Source: Eledone cirrhosa | Taxonomy: Eukaryota | Length of the DNA: 64,000 nucleotides | Reading direction: 5' to 3' | Assembly: GCA_964016885.1 (NCBI GenBank) | Contig: OZ024746.1 | Location: forward strand, 16,492,001-16,556,000 | In this document: positions 28,148 through 43,278 of the stretch, piece by piece | How positions within the stretch are numbered: the first letter of the stretch is position 1 | How the letters are laid out: each line of letters starts with the position of its first letter | Notes under the pieces: model-generated | Told to the model about the DNA's origin: nothing | Databases searched by the model: none | The model's input: only the letters and a program-made list of their open reading frames with translations | Translations under genes and position numbers: made by a program

Positions 28148-31100
28148 AATTCTGTATGAGCAACACCTGATCATCTGATCTGGCTTGTCTCACAAGACAA
28201 CTCATCTAACCCATGCCAGTTTGGAAAAAATGGACATTAAATGGTGATGATATAATCATGCTGGTATAAAGACAGGCAGACAGAGACAATCATGATGGCA
28301 TTTAGATGAAACAATTTCGAGATAGTAATCTATAGCTGGATAGCTTTACTGATGCCAAACCATACTTTATTTTTAAATAGGCTACTTATTTCACTGATCT
28401 TTGTCAAACTTCTAAATTGTAGGACATATTATATAGGACAAAACAAATGACACCACTTGCTTAAATAATTTCAAATGTGAAAAATAGATATTCACACACA
28501 GATACATACATGTACACATACACACACATAAATACCGATACACATACATACACACATGTATATATACATACATGTACATATACACACACAAATACAGATA
28601 CACATACAGATACATACACACATATATACATGGTGGCTGCCAACTCGTTTTCGAGTACGGCCACTACTTTATATCCATGTAGGAGAACCCCTACCGAAGC
28701 GCTGCATGAGTGTGACTTTTTAGTCCAGCCAGCGACTTGAAAACTCTGGTACAAACACTACACTTGTGACAATTATTGACACATAGTGCTGGGCCCATGG
28801 TACCATGTGAGGACAAGTGCAGAGAGATCTCCAGATATAAAGCAATGCCTGTGCCGTGAAGCTTTTATAGTGAGCAAAGGCACTGCACAAAGCCAGTCCC
28901 ACTCTCTTAACCAAGATGATATTTACCAAAAAGAAGAACAAGTCAACATCATTGGATACCATCAGGGTTGCAGGTGTTATATCAGAGTTTTCCTTCTCCT
29001 AGAATTCTGCCTTGACAAAGGCTAAGGGGTCATCTCTCCCGGTGATTTTGGATGGCCATTGACTCTTAAGAGCTCCTTTGCCCTTTGACAGGTTTTGTTT
29101 TTAGTCCTGCAGGATGTCCAAAGTCACCCTCCTCACCAAGAAACCTTGGTGGGGTTGCCAGTTTAGTCGCCATCGACCCCGACCATGAATCAGGTTGTAC
29201 TGGGATACATGTTACCAGTAGCACCAACTGGTGACCTGACATACATATACACATACACACACATAAATACAGATACACATACAGATACATACACACATAT
29301 ACATACATGTACACATACATGTACACATACACACACGTAAATACAGATACAGATACATACACACATATATACATACATGTACACATACAGATACATATAT
29401 GTACACACAGATACACATACATGTACACATACACACAGATGCACACACACATACATGTTACATGTATACAAACACACACACACATTACATGTATACAAAC
29501 ACACACACACACACACACACACATTACATGTATATAAACACACACATTACATGTATACAAAACACACACACACACATTACATGTATACAAAACACACACG
29601 CACACATTACATGTATACAAACACACACACATTACATGTATACAAACACACACACACACACACATTACATGTATACAAACACACACACACACACATTACA
29701 TGTATATAAACACACACACACACACATTACATGTATACAAACACACACACACACACATTACATGTATACAAACACACACACACACACACATTACATGTAT
29801 ACAAACACACACACACACACATTACATGTATATAAACACACACACACACACATTACATGTATACAAACACACACACGCACACATTACATGTATACAAACA
29901 CACACACATTACATGTATACAAACACACACACGCACACATTATATGTATACAAACACACACACACATTACATGTATACAAACACACACACACACACACAT
30001 TACATGTATACAAACACACACACACACACATATATATTGTATGTATATATATATATACATACTACTGTCTGTCTGTATATATATATGTATGTACGTGTAC
30101 ATACTTATATATATATATATTATATATATAGTTATTAGTGACATCAAAATAAGTATGAGAGGGAAACAGAAAGACAGTATATTCTGGAGAAGGAGGGTAA
30201 TGGAAGCTAAAAGGTCCTCTGTGTTAAATATAGGTTCAATGTGACATGTATGACGAGAGTGAGACCAAGATAGATACAATTGGGAGTGCCTACCCGACAA
30301 TCAGCTGATGAAAACTTGTAGCTGGAGCAATACCAGCCAGCTGAAAGATGATCTGGTGGTGGAATAGTAGTGAAGATAGAGCCATTAAAGTTAAGATACA
30401 AACATGGAAAGACTAAAATAAAAAAAAAGGGTAGCCGCAAAGAACAATATCAAGTAGCCAAAAGAGAAGCTAGATGACAAGTTTATATCATGTAAAGAAG
30501 CTGAAAGCTGGAGGTGTGCTAAAGTTCTAAAATGTGAGGAACAGGCAGGATGTATTCTGTATTGCACTGTAGTGCGTTAGTGTAAAGCAGGATGTAGTTG
30601 GAAAAAAGTGTTTCACATGACATTGGTACACTTATCACTGACACTTATCACTGACACTTGAAGTAAGACATGAAAATGCTATTATGAGAGGTTAATGACT
30701 GGGGAACGAGTAGAAACAAGAGGGACTACTCCTAGTAGACTCAACAGAAGGACCGACTATCAAAGTTGATAGTTATAAGGTCAAATAAACAAGGACAAGC
30801 TACTAGACCATCAGAGATAGTTGCTGAGATGCTGAAATCATCTGGCAAAGTAACAATTGAACTAGCCCGTTGCATAATCAACCAGGTAATAATACAAGAT
30901 GGTTTCATAGCCAATGATTGGTGTAGCAGTATAATTGTTGTTTCAAGGTAAAAGGTGATGAATTAAAAAGAATAATAACAGGTATAAAATTAATGAATGA
31001 AGGTATGAAAGACATGAAAAATATTATGTTGCACAGCTGTTGCAGCGTAAGAAACAACAATGTGTGTGGATATCCAATATTCTTAACTAGAAGTGTAGAT

Positions 31101-34100
31101 TTAATCAAGTGTGATACTTATAACGTCAGCATAAGATGAAAGAAGTATCAATGAATGAAGGCCATTACTGTTGTTCATTAGTGTTTCTGTTAATTTACGC
31201 AGCTTTTGTACGTAACAACACAGCTCATTTATAGTAAGACAGATGGTGTATATAATAAACAGGTTAGTAACACATTGTGTAATTTATAAGCAGAATGTAT
31301 CAACCCAGCTGTTGCATAGGAAGCCATAGTCAATATTTTGTTGAACAACAGTAAACAAGCAATACAGAGATTCTACAATGACCAACAAAGAATTATTTTA
31401 AATTTTTTTTTTTTTTTTGTTGATGTTCTTTTAAATTCCTTTCCTGTTTTCTCTAAATTGTTTTGTCTTGTGAATTGCAAAACTTTGTGTGTGACTGAAT
31501 TTATAGGATATTTTTCAATATATTGAGAACAAACGTTCTCTTTACGTACATTGTTAAAATGTAACAAAATGGAAATAATCTACTTTCTATGAATAAACAT
31601 TATCTCAACAGGTTTGTGGTTATTTCACAAAATGGAAATAATCCACTTTTCTATGAATAAACATTATCTCAACAGGTTTGTTGTTATTTCATATTAAATC
31701 TATAATGTTCATATTGATGAATTGACAGACCAGTTGCACTAATGGATTACTGACTTTATAACCTCTCAGATTTCTTATAGATGTTTAATCCCTGGAACAA
31801 CACTGATCCTGACCAAACGTATAACCAGTTGGGGACATCTCATATATATCCTACAACACTGATCCTGACCCAAGGTATATTGGCTGAGGACACACATTTA
31901 TCCCACAACACTGATCCTGACCCAAGGTATACTGGCTGGGGACACACATTTATCCCACAACACTGATCCTGACCCAAGGTATATTGGCTGGGGACACACA
32001 TTTATCCCACAACACTTATCCTGACCCAAGGTATGTTGCCTGGGGTCACATTTACCCCCACAACACTGACCCAAGGTATGCTGCCTGGGGTCACATTTAC
32101 CCCACAACACTGATCCAAGGTATACTCGCTGGGGACACACATTTATCCCAAAACACTGATCCTGACCCAAGGTATGCTGCCTGGGGTCACATTTACCCCC
32201 ACAACACTGACCCAAGGTATGCTGCCTGGGGTCACATTTACCCCCACAACACTGATCCAAGGTATACTAGCTGGGGGACACATTTATCCCAAAACACTGA
32301 TCCTGACCCAAGGTATACTGGCTGGGTCACATTTATCCCAAAACACTGATCCTGACCCAAGGTATGCTGCCTGGGGTCACATTTATCCCACAACACTGAT
32401 CCTGACCCAAGGTATACTGGCTGGGGACACACATTTATCCCACAACACTGATCCTGACCCAAGGTATATTGGCTGATGACACACATTTATCCCACAACAC
32501 TGATCCTGACCCAAGGTATACTGACTGGGGACACATTTATCACACAACACTGATCCTGACCCAAGGTATACTGACTGGGGACACATTTATCCCACAACAC
32601 TGATCCTACCCCAAGATATACTGGCTGGGGACACACATTTATCCCACAACTCTGATCCTGACCCAAGGTATACTAGCTGGGGACACATTTATCCCACAAC
32701 ACTGATCCTGACCCAAGGTATACTGCCTGGGGTCTCACATTTATCCCACAACACTGATCCTGACCCAAGGTATACTGGCTGGGGACACACATTTATCCCA
32801 CAACACTGATCCTGACCCAAGGTATATTGGCTGATGACACACATTTATCCCACAACACTGATCCTGACCCAAGGTATACTGACTGGGGACACATTTATCA
32901 CACAACATTGATCCTGACCCAAGGTATACTGACTGGGGACACATTTATCCCACAACACTGATCCTACCCCAAGATATACTGGCTGGGGACACACATTTAT
33001 CCCACAACTCTGATCCTGACCCAAGGTATACTAGCTGGGGACACATTTATCCCACAACACTGATCCTGACCCAAGGTATACTGGCTGGGATCGCATTTAT
33101 CCCACAACACTGATCCAAGATATACTGGCTGGGGACACACATTTATCCCACAACACTGATCCTGACCCAAGGTATACTGGCTGGGGACACATTTATCCCA
33201 CAACACTGATCCAAGGTATACTGGCTGGGGACACACATTTATCCCACAACACTGATCCTGACCCAAGGTATACTGGCTGGGGACACATTTATCCCACAAC
33301 ACTGATCCAAGGTATACTGGCTGGGGACACACATTTATCCCACAACACTGATCCTGACCCAACGTATACTGGCTGGGGTCACATTTATCCCACAACACTG
33401 ATCCAAGGTATACTGGCTGGGGACACATTTATCCCACAACACTGATCCAAGGTATACTGGCTGGGGTCACATTTATCCCACAACACTGATCCAAGGTATA
33501 CTGGCTGGGGACACACATTTATCCCACAACACTGATCCTGACCCAAGGTATACTGGCTGGGGACACACATTTATCCCACAACACTGATCCTGACCCAAGG
33601 TATACTGGCTGGGTCACATTTATCCCAAAACACTGATCCCGACCCAAGGTATACTGGCTGGGGACACACATTTATCCCACAACACTGATCCTACCCCAAG
33701 GTATACTGGCTGGGGACACACATTTATCCCACAACTCTGATCCTGACCCAAGGTATACTAGCTGGGGACACATTTATCCCACTACACTGATCCTGACCCA
33801 AGGTATACTGCCTGGGGTCTCACATTTATCCCACAACACTGATCCTGACCCAAGGTATACTGGCTGGGGTCGCATTTATCCCACAACACTGATCCAAGAT
33901 ATACTGGCTGGGGACACACATTTATCCCACAACACTGATCCCGACCCAAGGTATACTGGCTGGGGACACATTTATCCCACAACACTGATCCAAGGTATAC
34001 TGGCTGGGGACACACATTTATCCCACAACACTGATCCAAGGTATACTGGCTGGGGACACATTTATCCCACAACACTGATCCCGACCCAAGGTATACTGGC

Positions 34101-37100
34101 TGGGGACACATTTATCCCACAACACTGATCCAAGGTATACTGGCTGGGGACACACATTTATCCCACAACACTGATCCAAGGTATACTGGCTGGGGACACA
34201 CATTTATCCCACAACACTGATCCCGACCCAAGGTATACTGGCTGGGGACACATTTATCCCACAACACTGATCCAAGGTATACTGGCTGGGGACACACATT
34301 TATCCCACAACACTGATCCAAGGTATACTGGCTGGGGACACACATTTATCCCACAACACTGATCCCGACCCAAGGTATACTGGCTGGGGACACATTTATC
34401 CCACAACACTGATCCAAGGTATACTGGCTGGGGACACACATTTATCCCACAACACTGATCCAAGGTATACTGGCTGGGGACACACATTTATCCCACAACA
34501 CTGATCCCGACCCAAGGTATACTGGCTGGGGACACATTTATCCCACAACACTGATCCAAGGTATACTGGCTGGGGACACACATTTATCCCACAACACTGA
34601 TCCAAGGTATACTGGCTGGGGACACACATTTATCCCACAACACTGATCCCGACCCAAGGTATACTGGCTGGGGACACATTTATCCCACAACACTGATCCA
34701 AGGTATACTGGCTGGGGACACACATTTATCCCACAACACTGATCCAAGGTATACTGGCTGGGGACACACATTTATCCCACAACACTGATCCCGACCCAAG
34801 GTATACTGGCTGGGGACACATTTATCCCACAACACTGATCCAAGGTATACTGGCTGGGGACACACATTTATCCCACAACACTGATCCAAGGTATACTGGC
34901 TGGGGACACATTTATCCCACAACACTGATCCCGACCCAAGGTATACTGGCTGGGGACACATTTATCCCACAACACTGATCCAAGGTATACTGGCTGGGGA
35001 CACACATTTATCCCACAACACTGATCCAAGGTATACTGGCTGGGGACACACATTTATCCCACAACACTGATCCCGACCCAAGGTATACTGGCTGGGGACA
35101 CATTTATCCCACAACACTGATCCAAGGTATACTGGCTGGGGACACACATTTATCCCACAACACTGATCCAAGGTATACTGGCTGGGGACACACATTTATC
35201 CCACAACACTGATCCCGACCCAAGGTATACTGGCTGGGGACACATTTATCCCACAACACTGATCCAAGGTATACTGGCTGGGGACACACATTTATCCCAC
35301 AACACTGATCCAAGGTATACTGGCTGGGGACACACATCTATCCCACAACACTGATCCCGACCCAAGGTATACTGGCTGGGGACACATTTATCCCACAACA
35401 CTGATCCAAGGTATACTGGCTGGGGACACACATTTATCCCACAACACTGATCCAAGGTATACTGGCTGGGGACACACATTTATCCCACAACACTGATCCC
35501 GACCCAAGGTATACTGGCTGGGGACACATTTATCCCACAACACTGATCCAAGGTATACTGGCTGGGGACACACATTTATCCCACAACACTGATCCAAGGT
35601 ATACTGGCTGGGGATACACATTTATCCCACAACACTGATCCCGACCCAAGGTATACTGGCTGGGGACACATTTATCCCACAACACTGATCCAAGGTATAC
35701 TGGCTGGGGACACACATTTATCCCACAACACTGATCCAAGGTATACTGGCTGGGGACACATTTATCCCACAACACTGATCCCGACCCAAGGTATACTGGC
35801 TGGGGACACATTTATCCCACAACACTGATCCAAGGTATACTGGCTGGGGACACACATTTATCCCACAACACTGATCCAAGGTATACTGGCTGGGGACACA
35901 CATTTATCCCACAACACTGATCCCGACCCAAGGTATACTGGCTGGGGACACATTTATCCCACAACACTGATCCAAGGTATACTGGCTGGGGACACACATT
36001 TATCCCACAACACTGATCCAAGGTATACTGGCTGGGGACACACATTTATCCCACAACACTGATCCCGACCCAAGGTATACTGGCTGGGGACACATTTATC
36101 CCACAACACTGATCCAAGGTATACTGGCTGGGGACACACATTTATCCCACAACACTGATCCAAGGTATACTGGCTGGGGACACACATTTATCCCACAACA
36201 CTGATCCAAGGTATACTGGCTGGGGACACACATTTATCCCACAACACTAATCCCGACCCAAGGTATACTGGCTGGGGACACATTTATCCCACAACACTGA
36301 TCCAAGGTATACTGGCTGGGGACACACATTTATCCCACAACACTGATCCAAGGTATACTGGCTGGGGACACACATTTATCCCACAACACTGATCCCGACC
36401 CAAGGATACTAGCTGGGGACACATTTATCCCACAACACTGATCCTGACCCAAGGTATACTGGCTGGGGTCACATTTATCCCACAACACTGATCCAAGGTA
36501 TACTGGCTGGGGACACATTTATCCCACAACACTGATCCAAGGTATACTGGCTGGGGTCACATTTATCCCACAACACTGATCCAAGGTATACTGGCTGGGG
36601 ACACGCATTTATCCCACAACACTGATCCAAGGTATACTGGCTGGGGACACACATTTATCCCACAACACTGATCCAAGGTATACTGGCTGCGGACAAACAT
36701 TTATCCCACAACACTGATCCCGACCCAAGGTATACTAGCTGGGGACACATTTATCCCACAACACTGATCCTGACCCAAGGTATACTGGCTGGGGACACAT
36801 TTATCCCACAACACTGATCCAAGGTATACTGGCTGGGGACACACATTTATCCCACAACACTGATCCTGACCCAAGGTATACTGGCTGGGGTCACATTTAT
36901 CCCACAACACTGGTCCAAGGTATGCTGGCTGGGGACACATTTATCCCACAACACTGATCCAAGGTATACTGGCTGGGGTCACATTTATCCCACAACACTG
37001 ATCCAAGGTATACTGGCTGGGGACACACATTTATCCCACAACACTGATCCTGACCCAAGGTATACTGGCTGGGGACACATTTATCCCACAACACTGATCC

Positions 37101-40100
37101 AAGGTATACTGGCTGGGGACACACATTTATCCCACAACACTGATCCTGACCCAAGGTATACTGGCTGGGGTCACATTTATCCCACAACACTGATCCAAGG
37201 TATACTGGCTGGGGACACATTTATCCCACAACACTGATCCAAGGTATACTGGCTGGGGTCACATTTATCCCACAACACTGATCCAAGGTATACTGGCTGG
37301 GGACACACATTTATCCCACAACACTGATCCTGACCCAAGGTATACTGGCTGGGGTCACATTTATCCCACAACACTGATCCAAGGTATACTGGCTGGGGAC
37401 ACATTTATCCCACAACACTGATCCAAGGTATACTGGCTGGGGTCACATTTATCCCACAACACTGATCCAAGGTATACTGGCTGGGGACACACATTTATCC
37501 CACAACACTGATCCTGACCCAAGGTATACTGGCTGGGGTCACATTTATCCCACAACACTGATCCAAGGTATACTGGCTGGGGACACATTTATCCCACAAC
37601 ACTGATCCAAGGTATACTGGCTGGGGTCACATTTATCCCACAACACTGATCCAAGGTATACTGGCTGGGGACACACATTTATCCCACAACACTGATCCTA
37701 CCCCAAGGTATACTGGCTGGGGACACACATTTATCCCACAACACTGATCCTGACCCAAGGTATACTGGCTGGGGTCACATTTATCCCACAACACTGATCC
37801 AAGGTATACTGGCTGGGGACACATTTATCCCACAACACTGATCCAAGGTATACTGGCTGGGGACACATTTATCCCACAACACTGATCCAAGGTATACTGG
37901 CTGGGGACACATTTATCCCACAACACTGATCCTGACCCAAGGTATACTGGCTGGGGACACACATTTATCCCACAACACTGATCCTACCCCAAGGTATACT
38001 GGCTGGGGACACACATTTATCCCACAACACTGATCCTGACCCAAGGTATACTGGCTGGGTCACATTTATCCCAAAACACTGATCCCGACCCAAGGTATAC
38101 TGGCTGGGGACACATTTATCCCACAACACTGATCCTGACCCAAGGTATACTAGCTGGGGGACACACATTTATCCCACAACACTGATCGCGACCCAAGGTA
38201 TACTAGCTGGGGACACATTTATCCCACAACACTGATCCCGACCCAAGGTATACTAGCTGGGGGGACACATTTATCCCACAACACTGATCCTGACCCAAGG
38301 TATACTGGCTGGGGACACACATTTATCCCACAACACTGATCCCAACCCAAGGTATACTAGCTGGGGACACATTTATCCCACAACACTGATCCTGACCCAA
38401 CGTATACTGGCTGGGTACACATTTATCCCACAACACTGATCCTGACCCAAGGTATACTGGCTGGGGACACATTTATCCCACAACACTGATCCCGACCCAA
38501 GGTATACTGGCTGGGGGGACACATTTATCCCAAAATACTGATCTTGACCCAAGGTATACTGGCTGGGGACACACATTTATCCCACAACACTGATCCCGAC
38601 CCAAGGTATACTGGCTGGGGACACATTTATCCCACAACACTGATCCTGACCCAAAGTATACTAGCTGGGGTCATACATTTATCCCACAACACTGATCCTG
38701 ACCCAAGGTATACTGACTGGGGACACACATTTATCCCACAACACTGATCCTGACCCAAGGTATACTAGCTGGGGTCATACATTTATCCCACAACACTGAT
38801 CCTGACCCAAGGTATACTAGCTGGGGTCATAGATTTATCCCACAACACTGATCCTGACCCAAGGTATACTAGCTGGGGTCATACATTTATCCCACAACAC
38901 TGATCCTGACCCAAGGTATACTAGCTGGGGTCATACATTTCTCCCACAACACTGATCCTGACCCAAGGTATACTAGCTGGGGTCATACATTTATCCCACA
39001 ACACTGATCCTGCCCCAAGGTATACTAGCTGAGGTCATACATTTATCCCACAACACTGATCCTGACCCAAGGTATACTAGCTGGGGTCATACATTTATCC
39101 CACAACACTGATCCAAGGTATACTGGCTGGGGTCATACATTTATCCCACAACACTGATCCTGACCCAAGGTATACTAGCTGGGGTCATACATTTATCCCA
39201 CAACACTGATCCTGACCCAAGGTATACTAGCTGGGGTCATACATTTATCCCACAACACTGATCCAAGGTATACTGGCTGGGGTCATACATTTATCCCACA
39301 ACACTGATCCTGACCCAAGGTATACTAGCTGGGGTCATACATTTATCCCACAACACTGATCCTGACCCAAGGTATACTAGCTGGGGTCATACATTTATCC
39401 CACAACACTGATCCTGACCCAAGGTATACTGGCTAGCTAGATTGATTTTATAATTTTACAGCAATGTCTAGAACAAGTGCCAATCATAACACTGAATAAC
39501 AGAATTCCTAACATTTATTAGACCAAATTTTGAAATATCAGAAAATGAGAACAACAGCTTGTACACCCAAAAATTCAGGTGACAATATATAAGTAAATAT
39601 ATAAATACACACATACACACACACACATACATATATATACATACACACACACACATACATACATACACACATATATACACATATAGACATACATATATAT
39701 ATATATATACACACATATATACATACACATACATATATATATATATATACACACACATACATATTCATACACACACACATATATACATACACATACGTGT
39801 ATATATATATATATATACACATACATATTCATATATAAATACACACATACATATTCATGTATAAATACACACATACATATTCATATATAAATATACATCA
39901 TTTTCATCATTTCATTTTACGTCCGCTTTTCCCTGCTTGCAAGGGTGGGACAGGAACTGATTCTGGCTTGATTTCTACAGCTGGATGCCCTTCCTAACAC
40001 CAACCTCATTTACAGTGAGTGCTGGGTGCTTTTTTGCCGTGGCACTTCCACGACCACTTTGCAGTGGAATGATATGGACCCCAGTCCCTATCATCTCATT

Positions 40101-43100
40101 TCTACAGCTGAGTAAACTGGAGCAATGTGAAATAAAGTGTCTTGCTCAAGGAAACAATACATCACCCGGTCTGAGAATTGAACTCACAACCTTTCGATCG
40201 CAAGGCCAATGCTCTAACCACTAAGCCATGTGCCTCCATATTCATATATAAATATTCATATATAAATATATTCATATATAAATATACATATGGTGGTAAA
40301 TGGAGGCGGGGTTGCCCAAGGACCACCTGGCAAAGAACGTTCCGGAAGGACCTGATGGTAGCCAACATCACCTTGCACAGTCTCGAAAAAGTTGCCGCTG
40401 GTCGTGACCGTTGGCGAGTACTTACTGCTCGATGCGCCGAGCGGTGCGGAAGAATCTAAGACTAAGATATATATACAATAAGGGTTTAGATCGATATACG
40501 TGACACAAATATACCTCATGTGAGACAACATATTTAGTTACATCTCACATGAGACAATATATGTGTGTGTGTATGTATATTGACAAGATCCCAGACGTCA
40601 ATTACTTAACAAGTAGGGTGGAGCTCGTCAAATTGGACCGAGGAAACAATGTTTCCATTGGTCTTTCCTATTGCTAGTACTATCTGTCGGTCGCAAATCT
40701 AGACAGAAGTGTACACACACACACACCCATCATCATCATCATCACTGTTTTACGTCCGTTCCACACTAGCATGGGTTAGACGGGTTGTCCTGTTGTGGGC
40801 AGTGTCTGGTCGGCTGACCATGCCTTGCTCATACAGGAACTGATTTGGCTTGATTTCTACAGCTGGATGCCCTTCCTAACACCAACCTCATTTACAGTGA
40901 GTGCTGGGTGCTTTTTCGTGGTGCCTACATGTCCACTTTACAGTGTGGGCTGGGTGCTTTTTTGCCGTGGCACCTCCACGACCACCTTGCGGTGGGGGGT
41001 GTGGGGGCATATTGTCTATATACTTCAGCTTGTACCCATGGGGGGTCGGGTACTCAGAGGTCACGGTCGTGTGTCATCGCCTTTGAGAGGTGTAATTGGG
41101 TAAGGTCGGCTTTTATCACCTCATCCCAGGTCATCTTGGGTCTCCCCACTCCGCGGTTTCCATCGACTTCTAGTGCTCTGCACCTTTTTACATATATATT
41201 TCATTTAATCTTTTATATATATATATTTCATTTAATCTCTCCTTCATTCTCATTATATCCTTAATATTTTTATTTTAATAATACATATTAATAAATTCTT
41301 TTTCGCACATATATAAACCTTAAATAAATACTATTCTTAATTCCTTTTTCTTTAATCATAAACATCACCATTCATAAACCTCATTAACTTTTAATTTCAA
41401 AATCTTTTTAAATTATCTATTATCTTACAACGGTTTTTTAAATTTCTCTCTGAGACAGTTTTCTCAGTTTTAAAGGCTATCTCTCTCTCACTCATTTCTC
41501 CTCCTTTCTCATCCTTCCTTCTTATACTCGTCCCCCGTCATCCTTTATTTTATTTCCTCCTCACCTTCACACCCCCGCCCCCCCCCCCAATCTCATATGT
41601 TAATTTATTTTTCATATGTTGATTTAACACTTCACTGCTCGCAAGTGTTTTTTAAGCTTTATATCACGTCTCCCTATTTTATCTGATGAGAACGCAAATA
41701 TCATCTCATGATGATATTTGTTTTTGAAATCATCATCATCATCATCGTTTAACGTCCATGTTCCACACTTGCATGGGTTTGGACGGGAATTTTCTCACTT
41801 GAGGCAAGAGTGGTTGTCTTGCTCGCATAGGACTGTCTGGCGGGTTTTCTACAGCTGGATGCCCTTCCTAACACCAACCACATTTACAGTGTGAGACTGG
41901 GAGGTTTTTACCGTGTTGCCTACACGGCCACATTACAGCATGGACTGTGTGTTTTTTTGTCGTGACACCTACACGATCTCATTTGTTTCGGCCTGGATGT
42001 TGTGGCACCAACGTAACTTTACATTGAAAGGGGCGGTGTGGATGGCGTGGTGTAACGGGGGCGTATTTTGTTAGAGATGCCTACTGACTGTAGTAGGTTT
42101 ACTTTGTATTTAGGCAAGGCCTCTATTACTGAGTACCGCCAAAGATCTCGGTCCAGTGACATTGTCTTGGAGAGATGTAAGTGTGTGAGGTCGGAATTTA
42201 TCAGGTCGTCCCAGGTTTTTCTGGGTCTGCCTACTCCGTGACTACCGTCTATCTTTATTGCCCTGCACTTTTTTATACAGCTGTTGTCTTTCATGCGCAT
42301 CACGTGACCATACCAACGTAGCCTTCTCTCGAGTAAACAACATCTGATCCCTCTTATTTCTAATTTTTCCCTTAGTGCGTTTATGCTTTGCCGTTCACGT
42401 ATATTACTATTACACATCCAGCGGAGCATGCGCATAATAAAATACATGGAACTCTTTTAACCATCTTTTGATCTTATATTATATATATATATATACATAT
42501 ATATATAGCCAAATCAAATCAGTCATCTATTTTCTGTGTTCAACGTAATCCCGTTATAAATTTCCACAAATAACACCTGATGAAATCATCTAGTCATGCA
42601 TCAAGATCAAATACTTTACTCCGTTCCTGCACCAGCTATGGGATACCACATCTAATTTACATAACGTTCAGTGCTTTAATTTATAGCATCATTGTTTACC
42701 AGCCCAACATAAATAGTATATGAACAAAGAAAATGTAGTAAGAAACTACTTAGAGTAGTAGAGTGGATAATAGGGACAGAGTTCGGATCTAGAGGCACAT
42801 GGCTTAGTGGTTAGAGCATTGGCCTTGCAATCGAAAGGTTGTGAGTTCAATTCTCAGACCGGGTGATGTGTTGTTTTCTTGAGCAAGACACTTTATTTCA
42901 CATTGCTCCAGTTTACTCAGCTGTAGAAATGAGATGATAGGGATTGGGGTCCATATCATTCCACTGCAAAGTGGTCGTGGAGGTGGTTGTGGAGGTGCCA
43001 TGGCAAAAAAGCACCCAGCCCACACTGTAAAAGTGGACGTGTAGGCACCACGGAAAGAAAGCACCCAGCACTCACTGTAAATGAGGTTAGTGTTAGGAAG

Positions 43101-43229
43101 GGCATCCAGCTGTAGAAATCAAGCCAGAATCAGTTCCCGTCCCACCCTTGCAAGCAGGGAAAAGCGGACGTAAAATGATATATATATATCGTCATCACCG
43201 TTTTACGTCCGTTCTTCCATGCTAGCATG

Positions 43230-43278
<49 letters not shown>

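Noticed and set aside
29066-30300. HT- and CV-rich ORFs
   Set aside because: (CA)n compound repeat artefact.
31795-31900. Satellite monomer derived from the Meta-type SINE tail
   Set aside because: The similarity (gtac..ctggggtc) is too short to support by eye.
31795-39435. CRISPR-like array or Cys-rich protein ORFs
   Set aside because: No unique spacers; pure tandem monomers. The ORFs are translations of the satellite, and the context is a eukaryotic intron.
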